From assembly GCA_003526375.1 (NCBI GenBank), contig DPDG01000084.1:369-64368 (forward strand): 64,000 nt of DNA, given 5' to 3'. This stretch comes from Lentisphaeria bacterium. GTDB lineage: Bacteria > Verrucomicrobiota > Lentisphaeria > Victivallales > UBA1829. The translations under genes were made by a program, and so were the position numbers. Below, piece after piece: positions 21,165-30,701 of the stretch. Numbering within the stretch: the stretch's first letter is position 1; the number at the start of each line of letters is the position of its first letter. The notes under the pieces are model-generated. The model made no database searches. It was not told the origin of the DNA and was given only the letters and a program-made list of their open reading frames with translations.

Positions 21165-22949
21165 ATGAAGAAATTAACGACACTTTTTCTGACTTTGGCG
21201 CTTCTCGCCGGCATGAGTGCAGTGTTCGGTGCGAATGCTGCTGATGCCGTGAAGAAACTGCCGAAGCCGGATTCTTATGAAGCTCTCAAGCTGGACCCGA
21301 AACACGGAATCGGTGATAATCTGGTCGAACTGACCAAACGTGACAAGCATACCCTTTTCACGGATGAGATGAAAGTGAAGCTGAAAACTGAGGCAAGTTA
21401 TCTGAATGAATATGAGGATGACCTGTTCCAGTGGTTCCGGCTTGCCGACGGACGTATCGCCCTCGTCTACAAGGATATTGTGAAGGACGTCAAAGGCAAT
21501 GAGGTCAAGGCGAAACCTGCCACGATTTATTCTGTTTCCATGCAGGCGAACCAGAAGATTACTCCCGGACGCGAGATCATGGTTCTTTCGATTCCCGGAC
21601 GCAGCAAAGCCAAGGTCAAGAACATGGGCAACTTCCTGCCTCTCGTCCTGAACCCGGATCTTCGTCCTGCGGGAATTCTGAACCCCGGTGCGATTGTGGC
21701 TTATTTCGCGCCGGAAATGCTGGTCCATGATTCCGTCAAGGAAGGAACCGCTTCGCAGCGGCTCGGTTCCATGAAGGAATTGCTCGTCGGTCTCTGGGAG
21801 AGCACCGGTATTGCGGATATTATCCAGCAGACCCGTTCCAACTTCTCCTCGACATGGATTCTCGGTCTCGGCCGCGTGCTGATGATGGCGGTCGGGTTGC
21901 TTCTGATCTATCTGGCGATTGCAAAAGGTTTCGAGCCTCTCCTGCTTCTGCCGATCGGTTACGGCGCCGTGCTTGCGAATATTCCGCTTGCCGGAATTTC
22001 CGGTCCTGACGGACTCCTCGGCATGGTCTATAACGTCGGTATCGACACCGGTGTATTCCCGCTGCTGATCTTCATGGGCGTCGGCGCCATGACGGACTTC
22101 GGTCCGCTGCTTGCCAATCCGAAGTCCGCGTTGCTCGGTGCGGCTGCCCAGTTCGGCATTTTCTTCGCTCTGATCGGTGCTCTGGTCCTTGCGAAGATGG
22201 GAATTGAGTTCGACCTGAAGGATGCCGCCTCCATCGGTATCATCGGCGGTGCGGACGGCCCGACGTCGATCTTCCTGACCAGCAGACTGTCGCCGAAACT
22301 TCTCGGCGCGGTTGCCGTCGCGGCATATTCGTATATGGCTCTGGTGCCTATCATCCAGCCTCCGATCATGAAGCTTTTCACGACCGAGGCGGAACGCAAG
22401 ATCAAGATGAAACAGCTCCGTCCGGTTTCCAAATTGGAAAAGATCTGTTTCCCGCTCCTGATTACGCTTCTGTGCGCGTTCCTGCTTCCCGATGCGGCTC
22501 CGCTGATCGGTATGCTGATGTTCGGCAATCTGATGCGTGAGTGCGGTGTTGTGGACCGTTTGAGCGATACCGCCCAGAATGCTCTGATCAACATCGTTAC
22601 GATTTTCCTCGGAACGGCTGTCGGTGCGAAACTCTCTGCCGACCAGTTCCTTACGAAACAGACGATCGGCATTCTGATTCTCGGAGCGATCGCGTTTTCC
22701 GTCGGAACGGCTGCCGGAGTGATTTTCGGCAAGATCATGAACAAGCTTTCCAAGGACCCGATCAATCCGCTGATCGGCGCGGCCGGTGTTTCGGCTGTTC
22801 CCATGGCGGCGCGTGTCGTCAACAAGGTCGGTCTCGAATCCGATCCGCGCAACTTCCTTCTCATGCACGCCATGGGACCGAACGTGGCGGGCGTGATCGG
22901 TTCCGCTGTCGCCGCGGGCGTTCTGCTCAAGGCGCTCGGCGGACTCTGA
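21165..22949 (+). CDS. oadB: Na+-translocating decarboxylase beta subunit with an approximately 200-aa N-terminal extension
   Basis: The C-terminal roughly 390 aa are polytopic and OadB-like ([19 protein letters not shown]...). The first 202 aa have a signal peptide plus a soluble-looking domain in the same frame. Confidence 0.85.
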   Translation: MKKLTTLFLTLALLAGMSAVFGANAADAVKKLPKPDSYEALKLDPKHGIGDNLVELTKRDKHTLFTDEMKVKLKTEASYLNEYEDDLFQWFRLADGRIALVYKDIVKDVKGNEVKAKPATIYSVSMQANQKITPGREIMVLSIPGRSKAKVKNMGNFLPLVLNPDLRPAGILNPGAIVAYFAPEMLVHDSVKEGTASQRLGSMKELLVGLWESTGIADIIQQTRSNFSSTWILGLGRVLMMAVGLLLIYLAIAKGFEPLLLLPIGYGAVLANIPLAGISGPDGLLGMVYNVGIDTGVFPLLIFMGVGAMTDFGPLLANPKSALLGAAAQFGIFFALIGALVLAKMGIEFDLKDAASIGIIGGADGPTSIFLTSRLSPKLLGAVAVAAYSYMALVPIIQPPIMKLFTTEAERKIKMKQLRPVSKLEKICFPLLITLLCAFLLPDAAPLIGMLMFGNLMRECGVVDRLSDTAQNALINIVTIFLGTAVGAKLSADQFLTKQTIGILILGAIAFSVGTAAGVIFGKIMNKLSKDPINPLIGAAGVSAVPMAARVVNKVGLESDPRNFLLMHAMGPNVAGVIGSAVAAGVLLKALGGL

Positions 22950-22970
22950 TTCAGGAACGGTTGCTTTCAG

Positions 22971-23005
22971 ACGGGATACTCCCAGCGGGGTATCCCGTTT
23001 TTTTA
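22971..23005 (+). terminator. intrinsic terminator after oadB
   Basis: ACGGGATAC...GTATCCCGT followed by a T7 run. Confidence 0.8.
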
Positions 23006-23027
23006 TTACCGGAGGAGACAGGATATC

Positions 23028-23993
23028 ATGCGGAATCCGTTTTCAGAACCGATTTCGATTTCAGAGTCTTTTTCCCTGCCGTCGCGTGCGATCCTTTCAC
23101 CGATGGAAGGGATCATGAACAGAAATTTTTTCTTCGATGCGGCGCGGTCACTGGGGCTGATTGATTCCTGGATGCCTCCGTTTCTGGGAGTTCCGCGCGG
23201 AGCCGCGCCTTCATCCAAGGCGTTGAAACGACATCTGGGGCATTATTTTGATTCCGGAATCCCCCTGACCGTCCAGTTGCTGGGGAATGACGCGGACTCG
23301 CTGGCTGAAACAGCTTTGCGGCTTTGGGAATACGGGGTAAGCTCCGTCAACCTGAATTTTGCCTGTCCGAGTAAAACTGTTCTCGGCAGCGGTTCCGGCG
23401 GCGCCCTGCTCAGGGAACCGGACTGTGCGGCGAAAATCGTCGGGGCAATCCGCAGATGCGTCCCGCCGCTTTGCCTGAGCGTAAAGCTTCGTTCCGGCTT
23501 TTCTTCTCCCGGAGAGACGGAAGAACTCGTCAGGCGAATTTGCGATTCGGGGGTTTCATGGCTGTTATTTCATTTCCGGACCGTATCGGAGAATTATGCG
23601 GCGGTGAACGGAAAGGAGGCGCTGCAACGGATCCGCAATGCTGTTCATGCCGCCGGCGCCGTTCCTGTTTTCGGGAACGGGGATATCCAGGCCGCGTCGG
23701 ATGCCCGTATCATGCGGGAGGAGAGCGGATGTGCCGGCGTGGCTGTCGGGCGCGGTTTTCTGAAAAATCCTTTTCTCTTGCGGGAGATTCGCGGCGCGGA
23801 GCCTGATTCCCATATGCGGAAATCTTTTCTGGCTGAACTTCTCCGCCGTGCGGAAGATGCTTCAGGACGCGTGAAATATGATTTTTATATCGAGTGTATT
23901 AAAATGGCGTATGGCACGGGTTCCGGGGAGTTTCTGTGCGCAATCAGGAAAAGAGCTGAATTTTATTCCTCAAAAAACATTTTCTCCGGTTGA
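23028..23993 (+). CDS. tRNA-dihydrouridine synthase family protein
   Basis: LSPMEGI..., NLNFACPS...GSGGALL, and a TIM-barrel Dus-like pattern. Confidence 0.75.
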   Translation: MRNPFSEPISISESFSLPSRAILSPMEGIMNRNFFFDAARSLGLIDSWMPPFLGVPRGAAPSSKALKRHLGHYFDSGIPLTVQLLGNDADSLAETALRLWEYGVSSVNLNFACPSKTVLGSGSGGALLREPDCAAKIVGAIRRCVPPLCLSVKLRSGFSSPGETEELVRRICDSGVSWLLFHFRTVSENYAAVNGKEALQRIRNAVHAAGAVPVFGNGDIQAASDARIMREESGCAGVAVGRGFLKNPFLLREIRGAEPDSHMRKSFLAELLRRAEDASGRVKYDFYIECIKMAYGTGSGEFLCAIRKRAEFYSSKNIFSG

Positions 23994-24057
23994 ATTTTAC
24001 AATATTCCTTGCTAGATTATTTCAAGGCACAACAAAGGTGTGGACAGGGAGGAACAA

Positions 24058-25515
24058 ATGGCGTTTGCGCCCGTGAAACTGATTCTTCTTTTCACCTGGT
24101 TTCTTTGCGGATTGTATGCATTGAAGGCAGGAGAGGAAAAGCTTGGAAAGCGTCATGGCGCGCTCAAGGAGTATTATAACCTGCTGGCTGTTTTTCTCGG
24201 GCCTGTCGCAATCGCCTACTGTTATCTGCGCGGGGATGCGTGGAATTTTATCATCGGCTTGTTCAAGGCGAAGCAGAAAGATAAGGCGAAACCGGAGATT
24301 CCGGTTGTAATCGTGGATGCCAAAGGAAACCGTCTTTCCGATTCCGTCGATGTACATGACGCACTGACTTTTCTGAAACAGTTGATCTATGATGCCGTAA
24401 AGAAGCAGTGCAGCGATATTTTCATTGATCCTAAGAATGAATCCTATTCCGTGCGTATCCGTGTGGATGGCGCAATTAAGATTTACAATATGCTTCCTTC
24501 GGATACGGCGCTTGCGGTCATCAGTACCGTGAAGGTTGCCGCGGGAATGGATATCGCGGAAAAGAGACGGCCGCAGGACGGTTCTTTCAGTGCTCTGGTC
24601 GAGGAGGACCAGCCGTCGTTCCGTGTCGCCTCGGTGGGGGTGTTCGGCGGCGAGAAGATCACGATCCGGGTCATGGCATCGGATATGGGGCAGCGCAAGC
24701 TGGAATCCATCGGGCTTTCAAAGGAACAGTACAAGATCATTTCCTCGGCGATCCGGCTGCCTTCCGGGATGGTGTTGATGTGCGGTCCGACGGGGAGCGG
24801 CAAGACTTCGACTCTCTACGCAATGCTCGGTTCCATTGATTACAATATGAAGAATGTGATTTCAATTGAGGATCCCGTTGAACATGTCATGCCTTCCATC
24901 AGCCAGATGGAGGTCAACATCAAAGCGGATATCACATTTGCTTCTCTGCTCCGCAATGCCTTGCGCCAGAATCCCGATGTGATCTGCGTCGGAGAAATCC
25001 GCGACGAGGAGACCGCCGAGATCGCCGTGCACGCCTCCCAGACCGGGCATCTGATTATCGCCACGCTGCACAGCAACGACAATATCGGGACAATTGACCG
25101 TCTGATGAATCTCGGAATTCCGCTCCGCTCCATCGCGGCGACTCTCCATGTGATCATTTCCCAGCGCCTGATCCGCAAGCTTTGCCCGCACTGCAAGGCG
25201 AAAGCGGAGCTGACCGCGGAACAGAAGGCTTTTATGGAGCGTTACGGATTCCCGACGGACAATATTTATGCCCCGCGGGGATGTCCGAACTGCGACGGAA
25301 CAGGGTATCTGGGGCGTCAGGCATTGTTTGAGATTCTTGTAATGGATGCCGGTCTGCGTGCGGTTCTTGAGGCTCCGAATGCCTCGAATACGACGATTCA
25401 GGAATACGTGGACAGCCATCAGAATACGGCAAATATCGCAGGGCAGGCGTTGACCCTTGTCGGCAGCGGGGTTACGTCATACGAAGAATTTGAACGCGTA
25501 ACCATCAATATTTAA
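24058..25515 (+). CDS. GspE/PilB-family secretion ATPase with an N-terminal membrane hairpin
   Basis: Walker A GPTGSGKTST, Walker B/Asp box, and tetracysteine CPHC...CPNC. Two predicted TM helices at the N-terminus. ATG at 24058 with a GGAGG RBS (track start GTG 24040). Confidence 0.85.
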   Translation: MAFAPVKLILLFTWFLCGLYALKAGEEKLGKRHGALKEYYNLLAVFLGPVAIAYCYLRGDAWNFIIGLFKAKQKDKAKPEIPVVIVDAKGNRLSDSVDVHDALTFLKQLIYDAVKKQCSDIFIDPKNESYSVRIRVDGAIKIYNMLPSDTALAVISTVKVAAGMDIAEKRRPQDGSFSALVEEDQPSFRVASVGVFGGEKITIRVMASDMGQRKLESIGLSKEQYKIISSAIRLPSGMVLMCGPTGSGKTSTLYAMLGSIDYNMKNVISIEDPVEHVMPSISQMEVNIKADITFASLLRNALRQNPDVICVGEIRDEETAEIAVHASQTGHLIIATLHSNDNIGTIDRLMNLGIPLRSIAATLHVIISQRLIRKLCPHCKAKAELTAEQKAFMERYGFPTDNIYAPRGCPNCDGTGYLGRQALFEILVMDAGLRAVLEAPNASNTTIQEYVDSHQNTANIAGQALTLVGSGVTSYEEFERVTINI

Positions 25516-25529
25516 GGCGGACGGACATT

Positions 25530-26258
25530 ATGGGAACTCTTATTATTCTGGGTACGGCGATCCTCGGAGGACTGGTCTGTTCAAAACAGACCTTGTACCA
25601 GTCCTGGATTTTTCTGGTCAATCTTGCCTTTTCCGTATATCTTGCTCTGCTGCTGGCGCCGCTGGTGAGAGACCTTGCACAGCCGTCCCTGAATCTCAGC
25701 AGGGAGCTGGCGCCATACCTGACTCCGGCGGCCATGCTGGTGTTGTTTCTGGTGCTGATCATTCTTCTTTACAAGATTACGGATGCCGTTATTCCGAAAG
25801 ATTTTGATGATTTCCCGCTGCCCGGACTCGCCGATAAGATCGGGGCGATGGGATTTGCCGCGTTGTCCGGTGCGATTCTCGCTGCTTTTCTTGTGAGCTG
25901 TTTCTGCCTGATGCCGTTCTCGCAGAATATTTTGCCGGACAGGACCGCTTTGGCTGATTCCGGACGGGGTATGCTGTCCGTGATGGTCCGGACGGTAAAC
26001 GGGTTCTCATTGCAGGGAACTTCATTCGAGGCGGAGCGGACATTGAAGGAGCTTGCAGCATATACTCCGCCGCCTCCGCAGACACAGAATAAGAAAACAG
26101 AGCCGGTTTCTCAAAAAGATGAGGCGCCGCCGGCAAGAAAGAGGAAGATCGAGAAAATCGACGGCAAGCCGGTGGTTGTTCCGGAAAAGCCGGTGAAGCC
26201 GGACGGCGGCAACCGGAAAGCTGAACCGGAGGAGACTTTGGAGAGTCTTGCCGGTTGA
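25530..26258 (+). CDS. CvpA-like integral membrane protein with a Lys/Pro-rich tail
   Basis: Four hydrophobic helices in a CvpA-like arrangement. The family call is tentative. Confidence 0.45.
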   Translation: MGTLIILGTAILGGLVCSKQTLYQSWIFLVNLAFSVYLALLLAPLVRDLAQPSLNLSRELAPYLTPAAMLVLFLVLIILLYKITDAVIPKDFDDFPLPGLADKIGAMGFAALSGAILAAFLVSCFCLMPFSQNILPDRTALADSGRGMLSVMVRTVNGFSLQGTSFEAERTLKELAAYTPPPPQTQNKKTEPVSQKDEAPPARKRKIEKIDGKPVVVPEKPVKPDGGNRKAEPEETLESLAG

Positions 26259-26261
26259 CGG

Positions 26262-27947
26262 TTACTTTTCTCCTATGACGAAGAAGCGGATAGCGGAATT
26301 TCTTTCCGCCTGCAGCGCCAGCATCTGTTCCACACTCTGTTCCGGTGACTGGTATAACAGAACCCTTGTCCGTGACATCGGTGTTGCCGTCGTCTTGCCC
26401 GCTCCCATTGTCATGAAGCAGAAGATATTGGCGGTTTGGAACTGTCCCTTGAAAAAATTCAGATAGCGCCGGAACTGTTCCAGAGTCGGTTCATCAATCA
26501 GGACGACCAGAAATTTTTCTTTCAATGATTCTCCGCTTTGCAGCGGACGCAGAAGATACTCCGAATAGGCGATTTCCCCTGCGAGGTTTCCCCGCGTGAG
26601 CGGATTTGCGGGTACCGGGCAGGCGGAAGTATTGCTTTTCCATTCCTGAAATATTCCGATTGAATCCGTGTCTCCCATCAGAATCAGGGAAACAGGGGCG
26701 GCTTTGATCCGCCTCAACTGGTCCATCTGGAACTCTTTCCTGAAAAGTGAAGCAATGACATAAGAGTCCGTCGGGGAATAGATGACCAGCGCCTCCGCGG
26801 GAATGGCCTGTGCCGCAGTTACGAAGACTACTCCCAGGTCCGGCGGATTCATCTTCGGATATTGTGCATTGCTTTGGATTACGACGATGACGGTCAGAAG
26901 ACAGAAGACCAGCAAGGAAAAACACCGCAGGCGCTCCGTGAGACTTTCAAAAATCAGAGCAGCGGGGAAAGCAAGGATCGGAATCAGAGGAATGTAAACC
27001 CGGAAATCGCCGGCTTTGAATATCAGGGCGCTGCAGAAAACGAGCGCAGTGGAGAACAGTCCCATGAGCGCGATGCGACGCTTGAACGGATCTTTCAGCA
27101 GAACTGATACCGCGAGAACGGCAGGTATGGTTAATGTGAGCGGCAGTTGTGTGACCGTGTTCCAGACAAAGGTGAGGAACTTTACCGGCGAAGTCACCGT
27201 GTTTCCGAAACTCTGCCCCTGGGCAAGTGTTCTGTAATTCAAACCATACCAGAGTATTACGAATACAGCAAAGAAAAAGAACGCGGTCAGGAGCTCCTTT
27301 CTTGCCAGCCATTCTTTCATGTCCGTCAATTTTCTGAAGTCCGTGAGCAGACAGACATAGGAGAGCGCGAGCGCCGTTACGAAGATGACGCCGCTTGTGA
27401 CGCTGAGGCATGTGGCGACAGCCGATATCAGAAATAAGGCAGACCAGAGGATGCGTCTGTACTGTGATGTCCGGTCAAGCTCAAAGAAGATCAGGGAAAG
27501 CATGACGCCGGCAGTGAACAATGCCTGCAACTCATAACCGCGCGCCGTCTGGGAATAATGGATCAGGGGGATGTTCAATGCCAGCAGGAGCATTCCGAAA
27601 CAGGCTCCGGCTGTGGAGCGTGTCAGGCGGCGGAGCGCAAACCATGACCCGCCCAGCAGGAAGAGCCCTGCCAGCAGGGCAGGCAGACGAAGCTGGAGCA
27701 GTTGATGCGCACCTGCGATCCGGACGGAATATTTGATGAACAGGGTGTTCAGAGGATGGTTGTTCGGGACGGCAAGCTCGGTGAAGATTTCCCGCAGCGG
27801 CAGTTTGACATAGTGTGCAAAAGTCCAGATTTCATCATATTCCAGGTTCCGTGTCCGGAGCCCGTAAAGCCGCAGGGCAATTCCGGAAAGAACCAGCAGG
27901 AGGGTGATTCCCAGAATCAGGCAGTTTTCCTTTTTATCGTTTTCCAT
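26262..27947 (-). CDS. ArnT/PMT-like (GT39-type) membrane glycosyltransferase
   Basis: 561 aa, polytopic. N-terminal ...RLYGL...EYDEIWT... motif typical of family 39/83 glycosyltransferases. Confidence 0.65.
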   Translation of the reverse strand: MENDKKENCLILGITLLLVLSGIALRLYGLRTRNLEYDEIWTFAHYVKLPLREIFTELAVPNNHPLNTLFIKYSVRIAGAHQLLQLRLPALLAGLFLLGGSWFALRRLTRSTAGACFGMLLLALNIPLIHYSQTARGYELQALFTAGVMLSLIFFELDRTSQYRRILWSALFLISAVATCLSVTSGVIFVTALALSYVCLLTDFRKLTDMKEWLARKELLTAFFFFAVFVILWYGLNYRTLAQGQSFGNTVTSPVKFLTFVWNTVTQLPLTLTIPAVLAVSVLLKDPFKRRIALMGLFSTALVFCSALIFKAGDFRVYIPLIPILAFPAALIFESLTERLRCFSLLVFCLLTVIVVIQSNAQYPKMNPPDLGVVFVTAAQAIPAEALVIYSPTDSYVIASLFRKEFQMDQLRRIKAAPVSLILMGDTDSIGIFQEWKSNTSACPVPANPLTRGNLAGEIAYSEYLLRPLQSGESLKEKFLVVLIDEPTLEQFRRYLNFFKGQFQTANIFCFMTMGAGKTTATPMSRTRVLLYQSPEQSVEQMLALQAERNSAIRFFVIGEK

Positions 27948-28365
27948 CCTGTTTTCCCTGTTTTTTCAATAGATTCAGTTCTTTGCCGTCATGAAACCGG
28001 ACTTTGAATTCCTGATACTGCCACCTGCCGGAAACCATGGTTCCATTCACAGACAGAAGACCGGATTTCTTCGTGCCGCTGATTTCCTGTTTGAGCCTGA
28101 TTGCCCCGTTTTCTCCGCTTTCCCATGCTTCCAGTTCGCGGATATTTCCAGTCTTCAGAGGAATGCCCGCCGTCTCCTGCAGGACTCTGTCTGCCGTCAG
28201 ATTTGCGAGAGCGACCTTGTAAGCATTGGACTGCACCATGTCCGCAAAAATTTTCTGCTGAATGTCCGGGTGATAGCGGAACCCGGCAGAATATGCTGCC
28301 GCCGCCGCAAGGATCAGCGCAAGCAGGAATCCTGAAAGAATCCAGAGAACTTTACTTTTTTTCAT
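27934..28365 (-). CDS. membrane-anchored hypothetical protein (possibly Coa1/Tim21-like fold)
   Basis: ATG at 28365 with a GGAGA RBS. One N-terminal TM helix. It overlaps both neighbours by 14 nt. Confidence 0.45.
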   Translation of the reverse strand: MKKSKVLWILSGFLLALILAAAAAYSAGFRYHPDIQQKIFADMVQSNAYKVALANLTADRVLQETAGIPLKTGNIRELEAWESGENGAIRLKQEISGTKKSGLLSVNGTMVSGRWQYQEFKVRFHDGKELNLLKKQGKQDGKR

Positions 28366-29170
28366 ACTTCTCCTTTGAATTGGATTTTGACAGATAAGGC
28401 TCCAGAATTCGCTGAACGGTTCCATCCTGCGAAAGCGCCGCGAAACGTGAAGTCAGGAGCCGGAGCAGTTCCGGGTCATGCCTGCGCAATGCGAAAAACA
28501 GATGCGTGGAGCTGGTTTTGATTTCTGCATTCCTGACCGTCAGATTTTTCCGTTTATGTTCCGGTATGGAAATGTTGCAGAGAAAAACGGCGCGTTTTTC
28601 CGGTGCCTGTTCCATCTCTTTGAAAATGTTTTCGGCGCTGACCGGACGTTTCAGAAGTTTTGTCTGCACCTTTGAAATGAAAAAAGTTTCCGGCGCGGAA
28701 TCCGGGTAGAGCAGCTCGCTGAATACCGGTGATTTCCCGCCGTCGCCTGACTCCGACGACTCCTTGAATTCCTGATGATGAAGAATATGGAATGAAAGTT
28801 CAAGAAAGGGTACCGCCGGAGTCAGATAGGCAGCTTTCAGTTCCTGTTCCGTAAAAAGCCCGCAAATGATATCCGCGTGCCCCGCCCGGAGAAAAGAGAA
28901 CAGGGTTTCCGGCGCGGCTTTCACGACACGGAACTGATATCCGGTATTTTTCAGCAGTTCCGTGATGAGTTCCAGTTCCATCCTGCTGAGCTGCGTCGGA
29001 ACGAACCCGACAACAAGAGTGCGGTGTTCACGGATGGTTTTCATGCGCTGTTCCGCGATCAGCTCTGACGGATCGGGGAGGGGGGGAACCTGTTCCTTCC
29101 CGGATTTGCACGCGGAGAACAGGAGCGGAAGCAGAAAGACGGAAAACAGAATGGCTGATGTTATTCTCAT
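28352..29170 (-). CDS. lipoprotein, family-3 solute-binding-protein-like
   Basis: Lipobox LLFSAC. LVVGFVP...ADIICGLF...YL.P pattern of SBP_bac_3. Confidence 0.55.
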   Translation of the reverse strand: MRITSAILFSVFLLPLLFSACKSGKEQVPPLPDPSELIAEQRMKTIREHRTLVVGFVPTQLSRMELELITELLKNTGYQFRVVKAAPETLFSFLRAGHADIICGLFTEQELKAAYLTPAVPFLELSFHILHHQEFKESSESGDGGKSPVFSELLYPDSAPETFFISKVQTKLLKRPVSAENIFKEMEQAPEKRAVFLCNISIPEHKRKNLTVRNAEIKTSSTHLFFALRRHDPELLRLLTSRFAALSQDGTVQRILEPYLSKSNSKEKYEKK

Positions 29171-29193
29171 TGAACCTCCGCTTCCGGTTCCTG

Positions 29194-30351
29194 TCAGCGT
29201 TTCATCAGATCGCGGAACTGCCGGAACAAATAGAACGGGTCATGTGGTCCCGGCGCGGCTTCGGGGTGATACTGGACACAGAACATCGGTTCTTTTTTGT
29301 GGCGCAGTCCCTCGACGGTTCCGTCATTGAGGTTGATATGTGTCACTTCGACCGTATCGGGCAGCGTTGCCGCATCAATTGCGAAGTTATGGTTCTGCGA
29401 TGTGATTTCGACACTTCCCGCAAGGAGATTCTTCACCGGATGATTGCAGCCGTGATGCCCGAATTTCAGACGGTAGGTTCTGCCGCCGCATGCAATGCCG
29501 AGGATCTGATGCCCCAGGCAGATTCCCATGACCGGAACTTTGCCGAGCAGGCTCTTTGCCGCTTCCGCCGCATACGGGAGAGCCGCAGGGTCGGCGGGGC
29601 CGTTGGAGAAGAATACGCCATCCGGCTTGAGCTTGAGCACTTCTTCCGCCGTAGTGTGGGCGGGAACCACATGCACGTTCATGCCGCAGATGCGCATGGA
29701 GCGCAGAATGTTCCATTTGATGCCGAAGTCATAGGCGACGACATTGAGGTCCGCCGCCGGAAGCTGTTCCGGCATTCCCCAGGAACGCGTCTTGGAGAGA
29801 TCCGGGTCCCAGTCGAAAGCTCGCTCGCAGGTGACTTTGGACGCATAGTCCTGATTGTCGAGCCCGCACCATGCGACAGCCTTTTTCACCCCCTCTTCGG
29901 GAGTGATTTCCTGTCCGGAACAGTGCATAAAGCCTTTGATGGTTCCTTCCCGGCGGAGTTTGGTTGTCAGTGCGCGTGTGTCAAGTCCGGCGATACAGGG
30001 AACATTGTGTTTTTTGAGAAACTCCGCGAGAGATTCTTCAGAGCGCCAGTTGCTCGGTTCATTGTATTCGTGAATGATGAAGCCGTTCAGGAAGAGCCCG
30101 CGCGATTCCATATCGGCGGCGTTGATGCCGTAACTGCCGATTTCAGGATAAGTCATGGTAACGAACTGCCCGGCGTAGGAGGGATCGCTCAATATTTCCT
30201 GATATCCGCTCAGGCCTGTATTGAAGACGACCTCGCCGACTTGATCGACGGGTGCCCCGACGGAATATCCCTGCATCACAGTGCCGTCGGCAAGAGCCAG
30301 AAATGCTTTTTTTTCACGTTTTTCGCGCCAGTTGTAGTTGATCTTATCCAT
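29194..30351 (-). CDS. carA: carbamoyl-phosphate synthase small (glutaminase) subunit
   Basis: 385 aa. [11 protein letters not shown], catalytic GICLGHQ, and HPE near the C-terminus. Confidence 0.95.
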   Translation of the reverse strand: MDKINYNWREKREKKAFLALADGTVMQGYSVGAPVDQVGEVVFNTGLSGYQEILSDPSYAGQFVTMTYPEIGSYGINAADMESRGLFLNGFIIHEYNEPSNWRSEESLAEFLKKHNVPCIAGLDTRALTTKLRREGTIKGFMHCSGQEITPEEGVKKAVAWCGLDNQDYASKVTCERAFDWDPDLSKTRSWGMPEQLPAADLNVVAYDFGIKWNILRSMRICGMNVHVVPAHTTAEEVLKLKPDGVFFSNGPADPAALPYAAEAAKSLLGKVPVMGICLGHQILGIACGGRTYRLKFGHHGCNHPVKNLLAGSVEITSQNHNFAIDAATLPDTVEVTHINLNDGTVEGLRHKKEPMFCVQYHPEAAPGPHDPFYLFRQFRDLMKR

Positions 30352-30512
30352 AAGTGCTTTCCTCAGCGGTTGGTTCCAGTGCGGTATAAATCCGCTTAAT
30401 ATACATCTTATTCCGTAAAAAAAAATATGCCGTTTTTATTTTTTGCGAAATTTAATGATTGCTGTGAGGCGAAATCATTGCCTTTCCTGCGGTATGTTCT
30501 GAATACAAAAGG

Positions 30513-30554
30513 AAACCGCAGAATCTTTTGGGCTGGTAAAAGATTCTGCGGTTT
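30513..30554 (-). terminator. 17-bp perfect hairpin downstream of the two-component operon
   Basis: AAACCGCAGAATCTTTT-gggctggt-AAAAGATTCTGCGGTTT. On the minus strand it is followed by CCTTTTGTATT. Confidence 0.55.
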
Positions 30555-30701
30555 TGGATATCATTCCGGGATGGGTGTGCCGGAATGCAGGTGGCTTTGT
30601 TGAAGAGATTGTTTCCCTTCTTTATTGTCAGTTACTGTAATCTCTCTATATAACCGGAATATTACGGGAACATTACAATTTGGTAATGTTGGCGTTTTTT
30701 T

